From the human T2T-CHM13v2.0 reference genome, Homo sapiens, in NCBI RefSeq assembly GCF_009914755.1, contig NC_060947.1: a DNA stretch of 64,000 nucleotides, one strand, 5' to 3'. The notes under the pieces were generated by a model, which was given only the letters and a program-made list of their open reading frames with translations, ran no database searches and was not told where the DNA came from. Both the position numbers and the translations under genes were made by a program. Every line of letters begins with the position of its first letter. Positions within the stretch are counted from its first letter, which is position 1. Shown here piece by piece: positions 1-24,677 of the stretch.

Positions 1-599
1 TGTATTGGAATTTACATTAAGAATATTAATATAAATCATGTAATATGAGAATATGCAAAAACTCTGTATCTTAGAGGTACTCTAATTAGGAGACAACACT
101 GAGAAGTGATTACTTGGCACCTCAAATATCATCATTGAAATCTACATAAAAGAATTTATTAATTAAGCATAAGAGATACTGGAAATATTTTTCCACTGGT
201 AAAATGCACCATGTTCAAAATAGGTAACTGATTATGCAAATTTGTACAAGTCCCATTGTCCTTGCGTGAACAAGGTATTAGAATCTAACAAGGCACTGTT
301 GGACCATTTGTGCAGTGCTCAAGGTCTGCAGCCCCATTGTTTTCTAATCCTGCGTCAGAACACCATTGTGTCTGCCTTTCAGTGACTCTTTCACATAAGG
401 TACCAGCTGAAAGGCCTAGGATGGAGAGGAGCACTCCTGACAGATTTGTAGGGGAGGGGATATAAAACCCCAACTCGCCTGTAACTACAGGACACTACCA
501 ATATTTGCAAAAACAATCTTTCATTTGAGGAATGCCAACATTGTCTTATATCAGTACGCATCAACTCTTAAAATAAATTTCTGCTTATAAAAATTTTTC

Positions 600-940
<341 letters not shown>

Positions 941-949
941 TCATCTTTA

Positions 950-1285
<336 letters not shown>

Positions 1286-3059
1286 GCAGTAATAATGGTG
1301 TGATTTGAAATAATATAAATAATAAAAGTAATATTTCTTAAACTACTTTCTTTTTCACAATATTTATACATCTGTTTTTCTTCATTTGAGACAACAATCC
1401 TGTGTGAACAATATAATGCTTTGTTATCCTCATTTTTGGTGAGATTAAGTGACATGACCCCCATTATTTAGCAGATAAAATTCAGATCCTACTTCCAGCC
1501 CAATGCGGTGCTCTTTTGTTTTTATCTGTTAAAAAGTTTGCACAGCTAGTTTCCTGAACGACTGAGATCCTAAAATAGTCTCAATAGTTTCTGAGATAAA
1601 CACTTCATTCTTCTAGAAGTCAGGAGAGTTGAAAAAGGTCAAAATGTATGTTCCTGTAAAAGCTTAAATGAGAACCACTATTAACACTCAAAACTGCCAG
1701 GGGTTTGCTCTGAAACTAAATAATCCTTCTGCTTCTTATTCTGCTAAGTGCTTTATTAACTCTTCCAAAATTCTTTTCAAAAAATATTTTACAGTGAATG
1801 GAAATACTAAAGCAGAAAATAAAAGAGCAATAGCAGTTTTCTGGATTGGGAGTTGGTATATAATATAGTTAAAAACATTGCTTGGCTCTTTTAATAAAGT
1901 ATATTATTTAAATTATTGGCCAGCATAAAAGAAGATTCATTTTATAACATTTTCTTGTAAGCTAAGCTAATTTTATGGTAACATTACAGTAACATGTACT
2001 TCATTAAATATTAACTAGGTTCATTTTTCTGAACATTTCTCATAAATATCCCTGTACACTGCCAGAAGAACTTTTCCAGTGGTTTCACCCAAAGCCAGGA
2101 AGATGTATTCATGTTGATAAGGAGTGACAAAGTAATGTACGATATGGATGTTCACTGATATCATTTAATAGTAGCATTTAATGAAATACATCTCTTTACC
2201 TTAATTGTGACTCTTGCAGGTACATTTTTACTTTTTAAAATTCTTATAGAACACAATTAACTTGATTGGAATACACCAATAAGAGAAACTTTTAAAATGT
2301 CATTCCTTTGGCTTAAAAGCTACAAGGCTCGATACAAGGCTGTGAGGCAAGCATGCTGCAAACTGTTAGAAACTGTCAGAAAAGCTGTTTTTTTTTTCTC
2401 AATTGTTTTCAAAATTTTAGTGAGGGAAAGAAAGAATGAAAGCATAGACCTTTAAACCAGAATCAATTGGGGCCAGAGGTCTGAGGCACTTTGTCGACAT
2501 TGCTTAGAAGGCTGCTTCTATAGGAAGCCTTTCTATGGTAAAAAGTGATCAATAAGGTGGAATTGTAGGGAATGAGAGAGTGAGATGCAAGGAATGAAGA
2601 GAAGCGGAGTGGTAGGGGGCAAAGAAACCTCCTCCTGAGGTATGCTGTAGACTCAACACCACTTGCTGCATCAGGAGGCCAGATAGAAAGTCAAAGTCTC
2701 TTTTTAAATTTGGTTCCAAGGGAAAGAGAAAGCAAGATAGCCTGGAGGCTGAGAGCTACAATGGAGAGTCCCCTAAAAGTACTCTGTGTAATATTCCAGA
2801 TTGAAGCTTTCTGTTACTAAGGTGCTTGACACTATGCCATACTTTCTTCTAGATGGAGCACCTGCTAAGTGGCTGGCATTGTACTTACTGTGTAGACTTT
2901 GGAGTTTGGGGCAGATGCAAGGTGAAGTGGGGATGAAACAAAGTAAATGATGACATGGTGCAGCCCTTGAGGATTGGAGAAGATAGGCAGACAGGAAAAG
3001 GTTATCATAAAATATGAAGAGTATTCTAATTACAGATGCTAAAATATCCATAATCACAA

Positions 3060-3290
3060 CAGTTACCAAACCCTCACTATCTTCTAGGCAGCATGATCTC
3101 AGTTTTTCCCATCTGTTAACTCATTTAATCCCACTAACAGCATTTTGAAGTAGGTATTAATACCTGCTTATATACTCATTTCACAAACAAGGGAACTGAG
3201 ACTCAACGAGATTAAGTAACTGGTCTAAGGTAGCTAGTAAGAGACAAAATCCAGAATCCTAACCAAGAAATGTAGCTCCAGATCTCATGG
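3060..3290. mobile_element. MIR fragment
   Basis: MIR core-like 'gggaactgagactcaacgagattaagtaactggtctaagg'. Confidence 0.7.
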
Positions 3291-3899
3291 GCTTAATTTC
3301 TCCAGGGCTCTTTATTACACAAAACAGTTTTCAGGCACAGGGAAGAATTTAGATCTGATGTGACATTTGGTCACAGCAGGGAAAGAAGAACTGGAGTACA
3401 CCAGGTAGTGAAGAGGAGGAAAAGAATGACTCGCAAAGGGAATAGTACATGCAGGATCAGGCTAGTTTGAGCCACACAAGTCTGTTTCACACAAGTTGCC
3501 AAAGGCAGACTGCAGGGAGAGGAAGTTGTGGGATTATCGAGAGAGGGGCCTGGTTGTCAGGGACCTTCACTCAGAGGAAGCAAAATAAGCAGTGGAGCCA
3601 TAGTAACAAGTCACAGCCTAAGTAATAGAAACTGGTTATCCTTACAATAGAAACGAAATCCAAGTCGTCAGAGAGGACTTCAGCCTTATGTGTAATGTTT
3701 GAGTGTTTATCCTCAAACGATTTAAAGGATTATATATGTATGTAAGAGTGAATACAAATTTAAAAGGGGAAAGGAAAGCTGAGATTTGTTTAAGCAGTGA
3801 CTGTAAATAGGCTTCATGTAAATCTTATTTTACCATAAATATCACTTTCATGTAATGAGTTGTTAAACTATGCTGCTTCTTTTAAAAGAATATTTTTTA

Positions 3900-4235
<336 letters not shown>

Positions 4236-4555
4236 CTATATTTCTAAGTATTTTATTTGTTTTCTCAGGGAATAGACTAACATTTGAGCATATATATGCA
4301 GCTAAACTCACAACTCCAACTTTTGTTGGAAGACAGACAACTAAGATGAAGGCAAAATATTTAAATGGAAATTATCAGATACTAAAAGATAACTTCAAAA
4401 ACCTAAAGGGATGGTAGATGCCAGAATGACATAGGATCAGAGCCATGGTTGTTGGCTCCATTGAGCAAAAACTACACACCTTTTCAAGCTAGTTTTCTTC
4501 TTCTCACTCCCAAAGTCAATCTTTGGCCAAATATCAAGTAAGCAAAATTGATGGT

Positions 4556-5225
4556 TGTATTATTCCATTCTCACTTTGCTACAAAGACATACCTAAGAAT
4601 GGGTAATTTATGAAGAAAAGAAGTTTAGCCGGGAGTGGTGGCTCACGCCTGTGATCCCAGCACTTTGGGAGGCCGAGGTGGGTGGATCACGAGGTCAGGA
4701 GATCGAGACCATCCTGGCCAACATGGTGAAACCCCGTCTCTACTAAAAATACAAAAATTAGCTGGGTGTGGTGGTGTGTGCCTGTAAGCCCAGCTAGGCT
4801 GAGGCAGGAGAACTGATAGAACCTGGGAGGCGAAGGTTTCAGTGAGCCAAGGTCATGCCCCTGCACTCCAGCCTGGTGACAAAGATAGACTCCATCTCAA
4901 AAAAAAAAAAAAGTTTAATTGACTCACAGTTCTGCAGGCTGTACAGGAAGCATGGCTGGAGAGGCCTCGAGAAACTTAAAATCATGGCAGAAGGTGAAGG
5001 GGAAGCAGGCATGTCTTACCAAGGCAGGGTAGGAGAGAGAGAGAGCAAAAGGGGAAGTGATATACATTTTCGAACAACCAGATCTTGGGAGAACTCATTC
5101 ACTATCATGAGAACAGCAAGGGGAATACCCACCTCCATGATTCAGTCACCTCCCACCACGCCTCTCCACCAACACTGGGGATTCAACATGAGATTTGGGT
5201 GGGGACACACAGCTAAACTATATCA
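4556..5225 (-). mobile_element. MaLR LTR (MSTA-like), interrupted by an Alu
   Basis: Starts tgtatt, ends 'cacagctaaactatatca'; typical 'aatcatggcagaaggtgaaggggaagcaggc'. Confidence 0.85.
4627..4913 (+). mobile_element. AluS (Sc-like) inserted in the MST LTR
   Basis: Alu dimer with a small deletion after 'cccagcta'; 'aagttt' repeated at both ends. Confidence 0.9.
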
Positions 5226-5759
5226 ATATTTTTGCATCACTTCAAACCTTACCTCCATTCTTGCCTTTTTCCTGGTTTCTTCTTCTCCCATCGTCCTCAA
5301 GCCGTCTAAGCTTTCAATTAATTCATTCATGTAGTAAAATGGCTTATCTACTATAATCCAGGAAGACGCTTACAATAGGCAAGTAAATAATTCCTATCCT
5401 CTTCTGTCAAATAGTTGTAGTCTATTCGGCGGGCTGGGGTGGGGTATGTTTTATTTACTTATTATTTACTTATTTATTTATTTTTGAGACCAGGTCTCAC
5501 TCTGTCACCCAGGCTAGAGAACAGTGGCATGAATATGACTCGCTGCAGCCTTGACCTCCTGGGTTCAAGTGATCCTTCCACCTCAGCCTCCTGAGTAGCT
5601 GGGACCACAGGCATGGACCACCACGCTCAGCTAACTTTTTAAGTTTTTGTAGAGTTGGGGATCCACTGTGTTGCCTAGGCTGGTCTTAAACTCCTGGGCT
5701 CAAGTAATCTTCCCACCTCAGCCTCCCAAAGTCCTGGGATTACAGTTATGGGCCACCGT

Positions 5760-7672
<1,913 letters not shown>

Positions 7673-9029
7673 GAGAGAACTTTTTTAGAAATACAGCTTT
7701 AGAAGTAAGTGTGCTAGTGATGTGAAGGCATGCGTGTAGATGAGATAAGAACCCATCTGACCAAAACCTTTCTTGGCAGTAACACATGATTTGGAAACTT
7801 ACTTTTCCTTTGTTTTGTATCAAAACTATCTGGAACTACATTTCATTCTTAACAGACTCATTTTCTTTTAGGGCTAATTTGATAAGCAAATTGAAATGAA
7901 GACTGCTAATGACTTAAATGTGATCCATGTTTTAGCGGAATACTCTAATATCTGCAAAGCCTCATTCCGCTCACGATCTTCATTTGATTTGCAAGAAGAA
8001 GCCACTCTGATAATTGATGATGATCAGAGTTACACAGTAGTAATCTTTAAGAGTCTCTTTTTGGGTAACTTTTTGTGCTTACAAAGAGTGGTCTTTATAG
8101 GGAAACATGTTCAGACATGCACTGACCTTTCACCCAGGAGGAGCTATCCCAAGTCTTATCTATCCCAATTAGATCCTCTGTTTTGGAATTTGGAATTTGT
8201 ATCTGGAGAGAGTAGATCAGTGAGCATCAGGCATTTAATTTGTAATGTATGTAAAGTTGGGGATGAAATGACAATGACAGTGTTTAAGTAGAATACAGAA
8301 AGCATGATTGGTAAGGAGAGACAGAGAAAGAGAGAGACAGGCTGAAAGAAGTGCCAAAAGATACTGTGGTTTCAGCAAGAGAGGGAATGTGAAAGAAGCT
8401 GTCCTGTTTTTTTGACTGTTACGAAATTCTTAATGCTGTTTCCCCATAAGGTCTGGTTGTTCTTATATCTGATGGCGTAAGATAGACCCATCTGCCTCCT
8501 GTTTTAGAAGCACTTTACTCATCTTTACCTGGTGGAACAGGATGTTGGATCCAGAGAAAAGAACAGATATGAGTAAACTCTAGTGTTTAGGAAAATGAGC
8601 TCATGTTCTGTGCACTCCCTTTCCTGTGCATCCTCTTGCTGTCAATTTTCTGACACTCTGTATCAAGGCAAAGGAAATGACTGTGGGGAAAATGACCAAG
8701 TGGCTGGTTTTAGGCTGCCTCTCATCCAGGCCCTTATCTGGAAGGCCAAAGGAAACTTTTGAACTCACATGTTGTCCAGGCCAGTTCACCAGGATTATAC
8801 CTGATAGAGCTTTGTGGATAAAGCCATGGGTAGAAATAAAGTATATTTGTCTGAATTAGCCACATTCTGCTGCATATGCCCCAAGGCAGTATGGTATGAT
8901 GTCTATGGTCACTGTGAGACTTAAGATTCTAGCCAACTCTCTTTCCATCAGAGACTATCTTCTCTGTGGATAAACCTGCTTCACATTGCCTTAATAAGAT
9001 TACATGTGCATGAATTAAAATGTGCATGA

Positions 9030-9300
9030 ATCAAACTCACATCACCCTCCAAGGGAAACTATCCCAATATCTCATACAGTTACTGAAACCAGAACCAAGT
9101 CCAGGATCTCTGGATTATGTACTATTCTTATTATCAAGTCCAGAGGTAGCTACCTCAGAGTGTAGTGACGTATCCTAAAAATGACAATTTATCCACTCCC
9201 AGTGCATACAGTGTACAATGGTGGGAAAAGATTGGAATAACGAATAAAAATTCCCATTCAGAAAAGAGAATGGTAAACAACACATTGATTTGTGGCATAT
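9030..9300. mobile_element. Probable MaLR internal (MLT-int) fragment
   Basis: 'tacaatggtgggaaaagattggaataacgaataaaaattcccattcagaaaagagaatgg' resembles MaLR internal sequence. Confidence 0.5.
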
Positions 9301-10429
9301 ATCACATTCCCTTGGACAGGAATATTGAGGGCTCAATATCTGACAAATGAAATGAATCAATTTATCAGACAGTATTGGACTTGTAACTTAGGAGGCTTTC
9401 CATTTGTCTATTGTCCTTCATGTTCCCTGTTTTCACTCTGTGGGAAAATCTCCTTTGTCCATTGCCCTTCGTAGGAATGTCTGCAATGCTCTTAGGGAAT
9501 AATTCACATTTGAATGCAGGATAGGGGGAAGCGGGGGAAGGCAGACTGTAAAGTACATCCTGTTGCCTTAATAGTCTATATTTGAGGAATGGGGAAATAG
9601 AGGTTTCCTCAGGGATTAATAGGTTGGTAATCAGAGTCAAAGATTATCTAGACTGTTAAATCTGAGATTTACTTCTGTCTCTGGGCTCTGTTCACCCTTC
9701 AGTCAACCCACAACCTTAGATTTAATGGCCTTTGTTTCCATCTTGGTTTCTTTCTTTGCAAGCATATTGAGACTGTTTTATAAGAAAAGCTCTTCTTAGA
9801 ATGCTAGAGGGGTTTATTATTGTTGTTGTTATTATTTGTAGATATTAACACCCTCGCTCAGAAATAGGTAGAATAACTAGTCAAAAACTCAGTAAAGGCA
9901 TAGATGATATGAATCATATTATCTACCACCTTGACTTCACTGATATTTATAGATCACTACAGCCAACAATTGTAGAACGCACCTTATTTTCCTGTTTTTC
10001 TCCCCCACAAAACATGAATGTAGAATGTACATTATTTTCAAGGGCAGATATTACATTCAACAAGATAGAACACATTCTGGGCCATAAATTAAGTTTCAAT
10101 ACATTTAAAAGGATTGAAGCCACCTGTGTACATTCTTTGACCACGAGGAAACTAAATTAGACCTCACTAACAATAAGATATCTAGGAAAACATTGCACAT
10201 TTGGAAATTAGACAATATTCTTCTAAGAGACACATAAATAAAAAATCACAAGAGAAAACAGAAAAAAATCACAAGAGAAAACAGAAAAAATATATTTTGT
10301 ATGAATGGTTGTTAAAATATCAAATACTGAAAGTTGTGGAATGTAACTAAAGCAGTGTTTACAGAGGAATATGTACATTTCAATACTTATATTAGAAAAG
10401 AAGACTGGTCTCAAAGCAATAACTTAAAT

Positions 10430-10644
10430 CAGGGATTAGCAAATTACGGCCTGCATGCTTATTCAGGCTTGTCACTTATGTTGTAAAAAAAAAAAAAAGA
10501 AGAAGTTTAATTGGGACATATATGGTCTATGGCTACTTTTGTGCTACATTGGCAGAGTTGAAGATTTGCAACACAGGCCATATGGCCTTCAAAGCATGAA
10601 ATATTTAATATATATACCTTTAAAGGAAAAGTTTATTGATCCTT
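10430..10644 (+). mobile_element. MER58A-like hAT MITE
   Basis: 'cagggattagcaaattacggcc' ... 'aaaagtttattgatcct'; degenerate 8-bp TSD acttaaat/acctaaag. Confidence 0.8.
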
Positions 10645-10794
10645 AACCTAAAGTTCTACCTTAATAAGTAGATAAAGAAGACCAAAATATATCCAAAGTA
10701 AGTAGAAGGAAGGAATTAAAAATAAGAGCATGTCACAACAAAATAGAAATCAGAGAAGGAAAAGAGACAATACCTAAGCTGAAGAGTGATTTAA

Positions 10795-11107
10795 TATCTG
10801 AGTAATCAGGTCTGGAAGAGTAATGTTGACAAGACACAGGGGTCTGCTACTCAAGTAAACTTCTTGGAAATCATGTGAGTTGATACCCAGAGAACAATCA
10901 CTGAGTCTCTTACAGAGAAACTGTTGTCCTTAAAAACTCCAGCAAACAAAAAGGGGGCACAACATCTGGTAGCTTTGTTCAGGTATCATAGAGACTTCAT
11001 GCATCTCATGGGGATCCTCATTAATTCACTATGGAAGATAACTTGAAGCCATTTTTGAGTGAGGTCTTTACCAATAACAGGTCCTACAAACCATCCAACA
11101 AGCTGCA
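10795..11107 (+). mobile_element. Class III (ERVL-like) pol fragment, RT thumb/connection region, degenerate
   Basis: Hand translation YLSNQVWKSNVDKTQGSATQVNFLEIM*VDTQRTITESLTEKLLSLKTPANKKGAQHLVALFRYHRDFMHLMGILINSLWKIT*, then after a frameshift AIFE*GLYQ*QVLQTIQQAA. Colinear with ERVL pol motifs recalled as GWEINPTKIQGP..VKFLG..KLLHLAPPTTKKEAQRLVGLFGFWR..FEWGPEQ. Confidence 0.8.
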
Positions 11108-11220
11108 TATATTTCTCTCACTAGACTGATAAAGGGAAAAAATAGCATAATGAAAGAGAAGTTATGGATACAGATCTTACAATTTCCTTAAACTGACACA
11201 AGAAGATACAGAAAATCTGA

Positions 11221-11537
<317 letters not shown>

Positions 11538-11976
11538 CTGAATAGCATTTTTCTATCAAAGAAACTGAACTCCCCCCACCCCCAAACTCCAGGTCTAGAC
11601 AATTTAACTGGTTTATTTTATCAATCTTTAAAAGAAGAAGTAACATTAATCTTATACAAATACTTTTAAAAAATATAGGTAAGGAAATTCCTTAATTCAT
11701 TTTTAAGAGCCCACCATAACATCAAAACTCATCAAAGGCATTACCAGAATAAAACTACGGGTGAATATTCCTCCTAAATTTTTATGCAAAGAGCTTTAAC
11801 AAAATATTAGCAAATTTAATCTAGCAATATATAAAAAGAACAACACATTGTGGCTGAGTATATTTTATCCAAGGTTGGCTAAATACTTGAAAATCAATCA
11901 ATGCAAATCACCATATTATAGCTTTAAAGGTGAAAAGAATGATAATTTCAATGGACTAAGAAGAAGTTATTTGAAG

Positions 11977-12240
11977 AAAGTCAAATACCACAAGTTCTTA
12001 CTTATAAGTGGGAGCTAAATAGTGTGTACACATAGACACAGAGAGCAGAATAATAGACATTGGAGACTCGGAAAATGAGAGGGTGGAAGGGGGTGAGGGT
12101 GACAAATTGCCTATTGGGTACAATGTACACTATTCAGGTGATGGTTACACTAAAAGCCCAGACTTCACCACTATGCAATAATACATCCATGTAACAAAAC
12201 TGCACTTGTACCCTATAAATCTATACAAATAATTTTTAAA
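11977..12240 (+). mobile_element. L1PB-type 3' end inserted in the older L1
   Basis: 'aaaagcccagacttcaccactatgcaata...ctgcacttgtaccc'; degenerate TSD ending atttgaa. Confidence 0.8.
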
Positions 12241-13017
12241 AAGCATTTGAAAAATTCCAATATCCACTCCTAAAAGAAATAAAACATTTCAGAAAATTAC
12301 CCTTAATTTGATAAAGAACATATGCAGAAAACCTGGTATCATACTTAATGATGACATTGTGCATATTTTCCCTTGAAGATGGAGAACAAGGCAAGAATGC
12401 TCTACCCAGCATCATCCTGGAGATCTCGGCCATTCACAAGGCCTTTGGCAACTAAAAGAAATAAATTTAAAAATCACTAGAAAGGAGAAAGTAAAACTGT
12501 CTCTAAAGACATATTACATGATTCTTTATATTAGATAATCCTAACAAATCTACCTCCATGACAAGAACTAATAAATGAATTTAGCCAAGTAGAAGAATAC
12601 AAGGTCAATAAACAAATGTAAAATTAAATATGAAAAGTTATGCCATTCAAAAATCACATTGACAAAGGACACCTGAGAATCAACTGAAAAAATTATATGC
12701 AAGTCCTTTATGCTGAAAGTGATAAAATATTGAATAACAGAAACTACAGATATTAATAAATGTGACTGTATACCTTGTTCATCTTGTTCATGGATCAAAA
12801 GTCTCAATATTGGTAAGACAATTCTTCCCCTATCATCTATAGATTCTAAACAGTTCTAAACCCTAATTCTAGAATAAATTTTTATAAAAATTGATTAGCT
12901 TATTCTGAATTCTACATAGAAATTCAAAGAACCAAGAACATAAAAACAAATTTTGAAAAAGAAAATACAACTCTACTTGTTATTTACACACAAGGACCAT
13001 CTTTATGTATAAAGGCC

Positions 13018-13269
13018 TTTAAATACCTCAGTGGTTAATTTGGTGGGTGCAGAATTTGTGGCTGTGTATGTTTTATTAAAGAATCCAACATTGATTAACT
13101 ATTTGAAAATCAATCAATGCAAATCACCATATTACAGGTTTAAGGGTGAAAAAACATGATAATTTCAATGGATTAAGAAAAATCATTTGAAGAAGTCAAA
13201 TACCACAACACAAGTTCTAGTTTACAAGAATTTTCTGCCCTCACCAAATCAACTACAGAGGTAATTAAA
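13018..13269. repeat. 37-bp inverted repeat enclosing a ~170-bp copy of 11848-12008
   Basis: Arms 13018-13054 and 13233-13269 match 31/37; the interior shares a 32-nt identical run (11887-11918 = 13103-13134). Confidence 0.88.
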
Positions 13270-14825
13270 TTTGCACAATATACACAATTATAATGATAAT
13301 TTATAAGTAATTATAGCTTTTTAGTTACACTTTGCCTTCTCTTTTGTATCTCCCTTTTATCTTGGGAAGCAGACTACATCAGGTTCTCAGCACCTTAGTT
13401 ATTATGAAGGATATTTATTTATTTTTAATATTTCTTCTCAATGACACATAAGGTAGGAAAGAATGATTGATTGAACATTACAGCAGAGGACTCAAAACAC
13501 TGAATGTGAGATAGAGATGTATAGAAAGGCATAAGAACACTATCAAAAGCATTTAAAATAAATATTGCCTACTCTAAAATTTTATTAAAGTCTAATCCCT
13601 CATATCAGGGGATGGGATATTTTGACCAAAAACAGTAAAACTTCCTAAGAATGCTTTTTCAGATATTACTCTTCCTAGAATCCCACTCATCAGCACTATT
13701 CAGAACAGAGTTGGGCTAAAAGCTAGGCTTGTTTATCGTTTAATTTTTACCATATCACCTGAATTTTTTCAAATATCAGGTAAACTGGAAAAATACTTAC
13801 AGGAAACAAAATTGAAAGCTATCCTACAACTATTTTCTTTTTAGAACTGTGTCCATGAGAAGCAATTAATTTTGTATAATCACATTTTTATCTTTTGACA
13901 TTTATATAATTGCTTTTAAGTCAGTATTATGTTTTAGAAGATGAAAGTATGTTACCCTACTACCTAAATTTGACAGAGATGAACACATACTGTGAAATGA
14001 ATCACAAGAAACTAAGTATTTAATTGTACTGGATTTGTAATCTTTTCAACTCTTTGATTTCGGATGGACTGAAATTTCAGTGTTCTAATGTCCCCAGTGT
14101 AATCTTGTTTCATTTAATTTTGGTGACATAACTTGGCTCGAATAAATAATGTAGATTATAAGAATATAAGCATTTTGGTGAAGGTGCCTCTAAATTTCAG
14201 AAACAGAGATGGCACTCTGTAAGAATTACAGATGCTACATTGTGTTATTAGGTTGCAAGGAAATTAGAGTATTAAAATCATGGCAGAGGATATTTCATAA
14301 AATACAATTTTTTTCCATACTAGAAAAAAATATTTTCTTAAGCTTACTCCTAATTTATTTATGTAGGTTTCAATTTTTTATTAATTCTTATAGAAATATA
14401 TGATCATTTAAAATGTTACCTCTTAACCAGAATTTATATTCCAAAGAGACAAGTTTAATAATCATTTAAAAAATTAATAGAACATGATTTCGATTTATCT
14501 CTAGCTTTTATGTGTCTTTTTATCTTATCTAATTAATCCTCTTTTGCTAGACATGTAATTGCCTCTAATGTTTGCTCTTGCAGAAATAAATTATCTGAGT
14601 AAAGAGGTGTACATGTTTTACAATGAGATAGATTTTGTCCAGTTGTGCTCCAAAGAAGCTATACTAGTTCATACTCCTGCCCAAAATGTATAAGGATCAT
14701 TTTCCCTGACATATTTACCAACAATAAGTTCTACCAGACTTTGCCTACTCTATAGGCAAAATATAATATCTTACTCTTATTGTATTAATCATTTATCTTT
14801 CTTTAATTCTTTGATGGGCTGGATA

Positions 14826-15075
14826 ATTTTTTTTTTTTTTTTGAGACAGAGCCTCACTCTGTTGTCCAGGCTGGAGGGCAGAGGCACAATCTCAGCTCAC
14901 TGCAACCTCTGCTTCCCGGGTTCAAGAAATTCTCATACCTCAGACTCCCAAATGGCTGAGATTACAGGTGCATGTTACAATGCCTGGCTAGTTTTTTAAT
15001 TTTTAGTAGAGACAGGGTTGGCCAGGCTGGTCTCGAACTCCTGGCCTCAACTGATCCACCCACCCCGGCTGGCCG
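14826..15075 (-). mobile_element. Alu (diverged, partial) within an old minus-strand L1 fragment (~14540-15215)
   Basis: Poly-T then 'gagacagagcctcactctgttgtccaggctggag'. Confidence 0.85.
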
Positions 15076-15447
15076 GCTGAGTAATCTTTATATGTTTATG
15101 AAACCTATTTGATTTTTTCATTTCAATTGACTGTTCATGTCCATTGGCTTTTTTGGTCTAGTGTGTTTTCTTTTTCTCATTGATTTTTAAGGAGTTCTGT
15201 GTAATGTTAGATATAGTTCTTTTATGTTCTTTTTAGAATGGGGCATAATATTTTACACAATTACTGGTAAATAGATAATGCTATTTAAAACTTTTAAAAA
15301 TTCGTTTAAATAATTTTGTTTAAACAAATTTATCAGAATTGTTAAATAAAATTTGTCTAGCATGAAATTGTGGATAATTTCATAAGAAGGAAATGAACTA
15401 TATATTCTTTGAATGTCTGTTTTGTGTTAGAAACTCTGCTATGTGCT

Positions 15448-15631
15448 GTTGTGGGGTGGGGGGAGGGGGGAGGGATATCATTAGGAGATACACCTAATGT
15501 TAAATGACGAGTTAATGGGGGCAGCACACCAACATGGCGCATGTATACATATGTAACTAACCTGCATGTTGTGCACACGTACCCTAAAAGTATAATAAAA
15601 GAAATAAAATAAATAAATTAAAATTAAAAAA
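15448..15631 (+). mobile_element. 5'-truncated L1PA 3' end
   Basis: G-rich tract, 'gtaactaacctgcatgttgtgcac', A-rich tail; perfect 19-bp TSD agaaactctgctatgtgct at 15429-15447 and 15632-15650. Confidence 0.93.
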
Positions 15632-16652
15632 AGAAACTCTGCTATGTGCTATCTTATACATTTTCTGTATAAATATTTTCAGAAATCCAGTGAGGTCGTT
15701 ATTTTTAATCTCTAGTTTTATAAATGAGAAAACAGAGTCAAATAATTTAGGCAAATTGCTCAAGAAAAACAGCAAGTAAGTAGATGAACTGGTAATTTAA
15801 CATAGATCTCTCTTATTCTAAAACCCATGTGTTTCAGACTCAACCATGATTTATAACCTCAATTCCGTCTTGCTCATAGAAGACAGTCAAGGAACACTGG
15901 TTGAAAAATTAAATGAATATTAGAAGTATTGTCAAGTAGATCAGCTTGACTGAAAAGTGTCCAAATACTGGGTAATGAGAATTACCATTTGCTTGCCACT
16001 ACTGTCAAGCAAGTGAAGCATACTTGAGATAGAATGGAGTCATGCCACAGCCAATCATCTCCATTCATTCCACGAAGTATTCTGAGAGAAGAGCCAAGAG
16101 AACTAACATATACTAGGGAAAAAATTTCACCACTAAAGTTGTCTATTTTTCTCACCTCTATTGAGATAAAACTGATAGATAAAAATTGTATCTATTTATA
16201 GTATACAATGAGATGTTTTGATATATGTATACATTGTGAAATGATTATCAAAGTCAATCAAATTGACATATCATCAAGCCAAATATTTACCATTTTCTGT
16301 GGTAAGAACATTTAAGATCTACCTTCTTAGTAAACTTCAAGTATACAATACAGTATTATTAGCTATGGTCAGCATTCTGTACATTAGCTCTCCAGAATTT
16401 ATTCATCCTGCCTAACTGTGACTTTGTTCTCTTTGATCAACATTTCCACCTTTCCCCCACCATGCAGTCCCTAAAAGCCACCATGCTACTGTCTGCTTTT
16501 CTAAGCTCAACTTTTTTAGATTCATCCTATAACTCAGATCATAGAGTATGTGTCTTTCTGTGCCTGGCTTACTTCACTTGGCATATCTTCCAGGTTCATC
16601 CATATTGTCGCAAATTGCAAGATTTAATTTTTAAGGCTGAATAATATTCCAC

Positions 16653-16687
16653 TGTGTGTGTGTGTGTGTGTGTGGGTGTGTGTGTGT
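16653..16687. repeat. (TG)n microsatellite
   Basis: Read directly from the sequence. Confidence 0.95.
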
Positions 16688-16802
16688 ATGACTCACGCCA
16701 TATTTTCCTTATTCATGCATCTGTCGATTGATTCCATATACTGCCTACTGTGAATAATGCCATAATAAACATGGTAGTGCAAACTTCTCTTTCAGATACT
16801 GA

Positions 16803-24677
<7,875 letters not shown>

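Noticed and set aside
285-473. 62-aa ORF and nearby TATAAAA at about 461
   Set aside because: No splice context or homology; an isolated TATA motif is expected by chance.
7896-8291. 131-aa ORF downstream of an acceptor-like 'ttttcttttag'
   Set aside because: No recognisable domain or convincing splice donor; the 3' part resembles degraded LTR sequence.
10241-10290. 23-bp tandem duplication in L1
   Set aside because: Ordinary slippage-type duplication in A-rich sequence.
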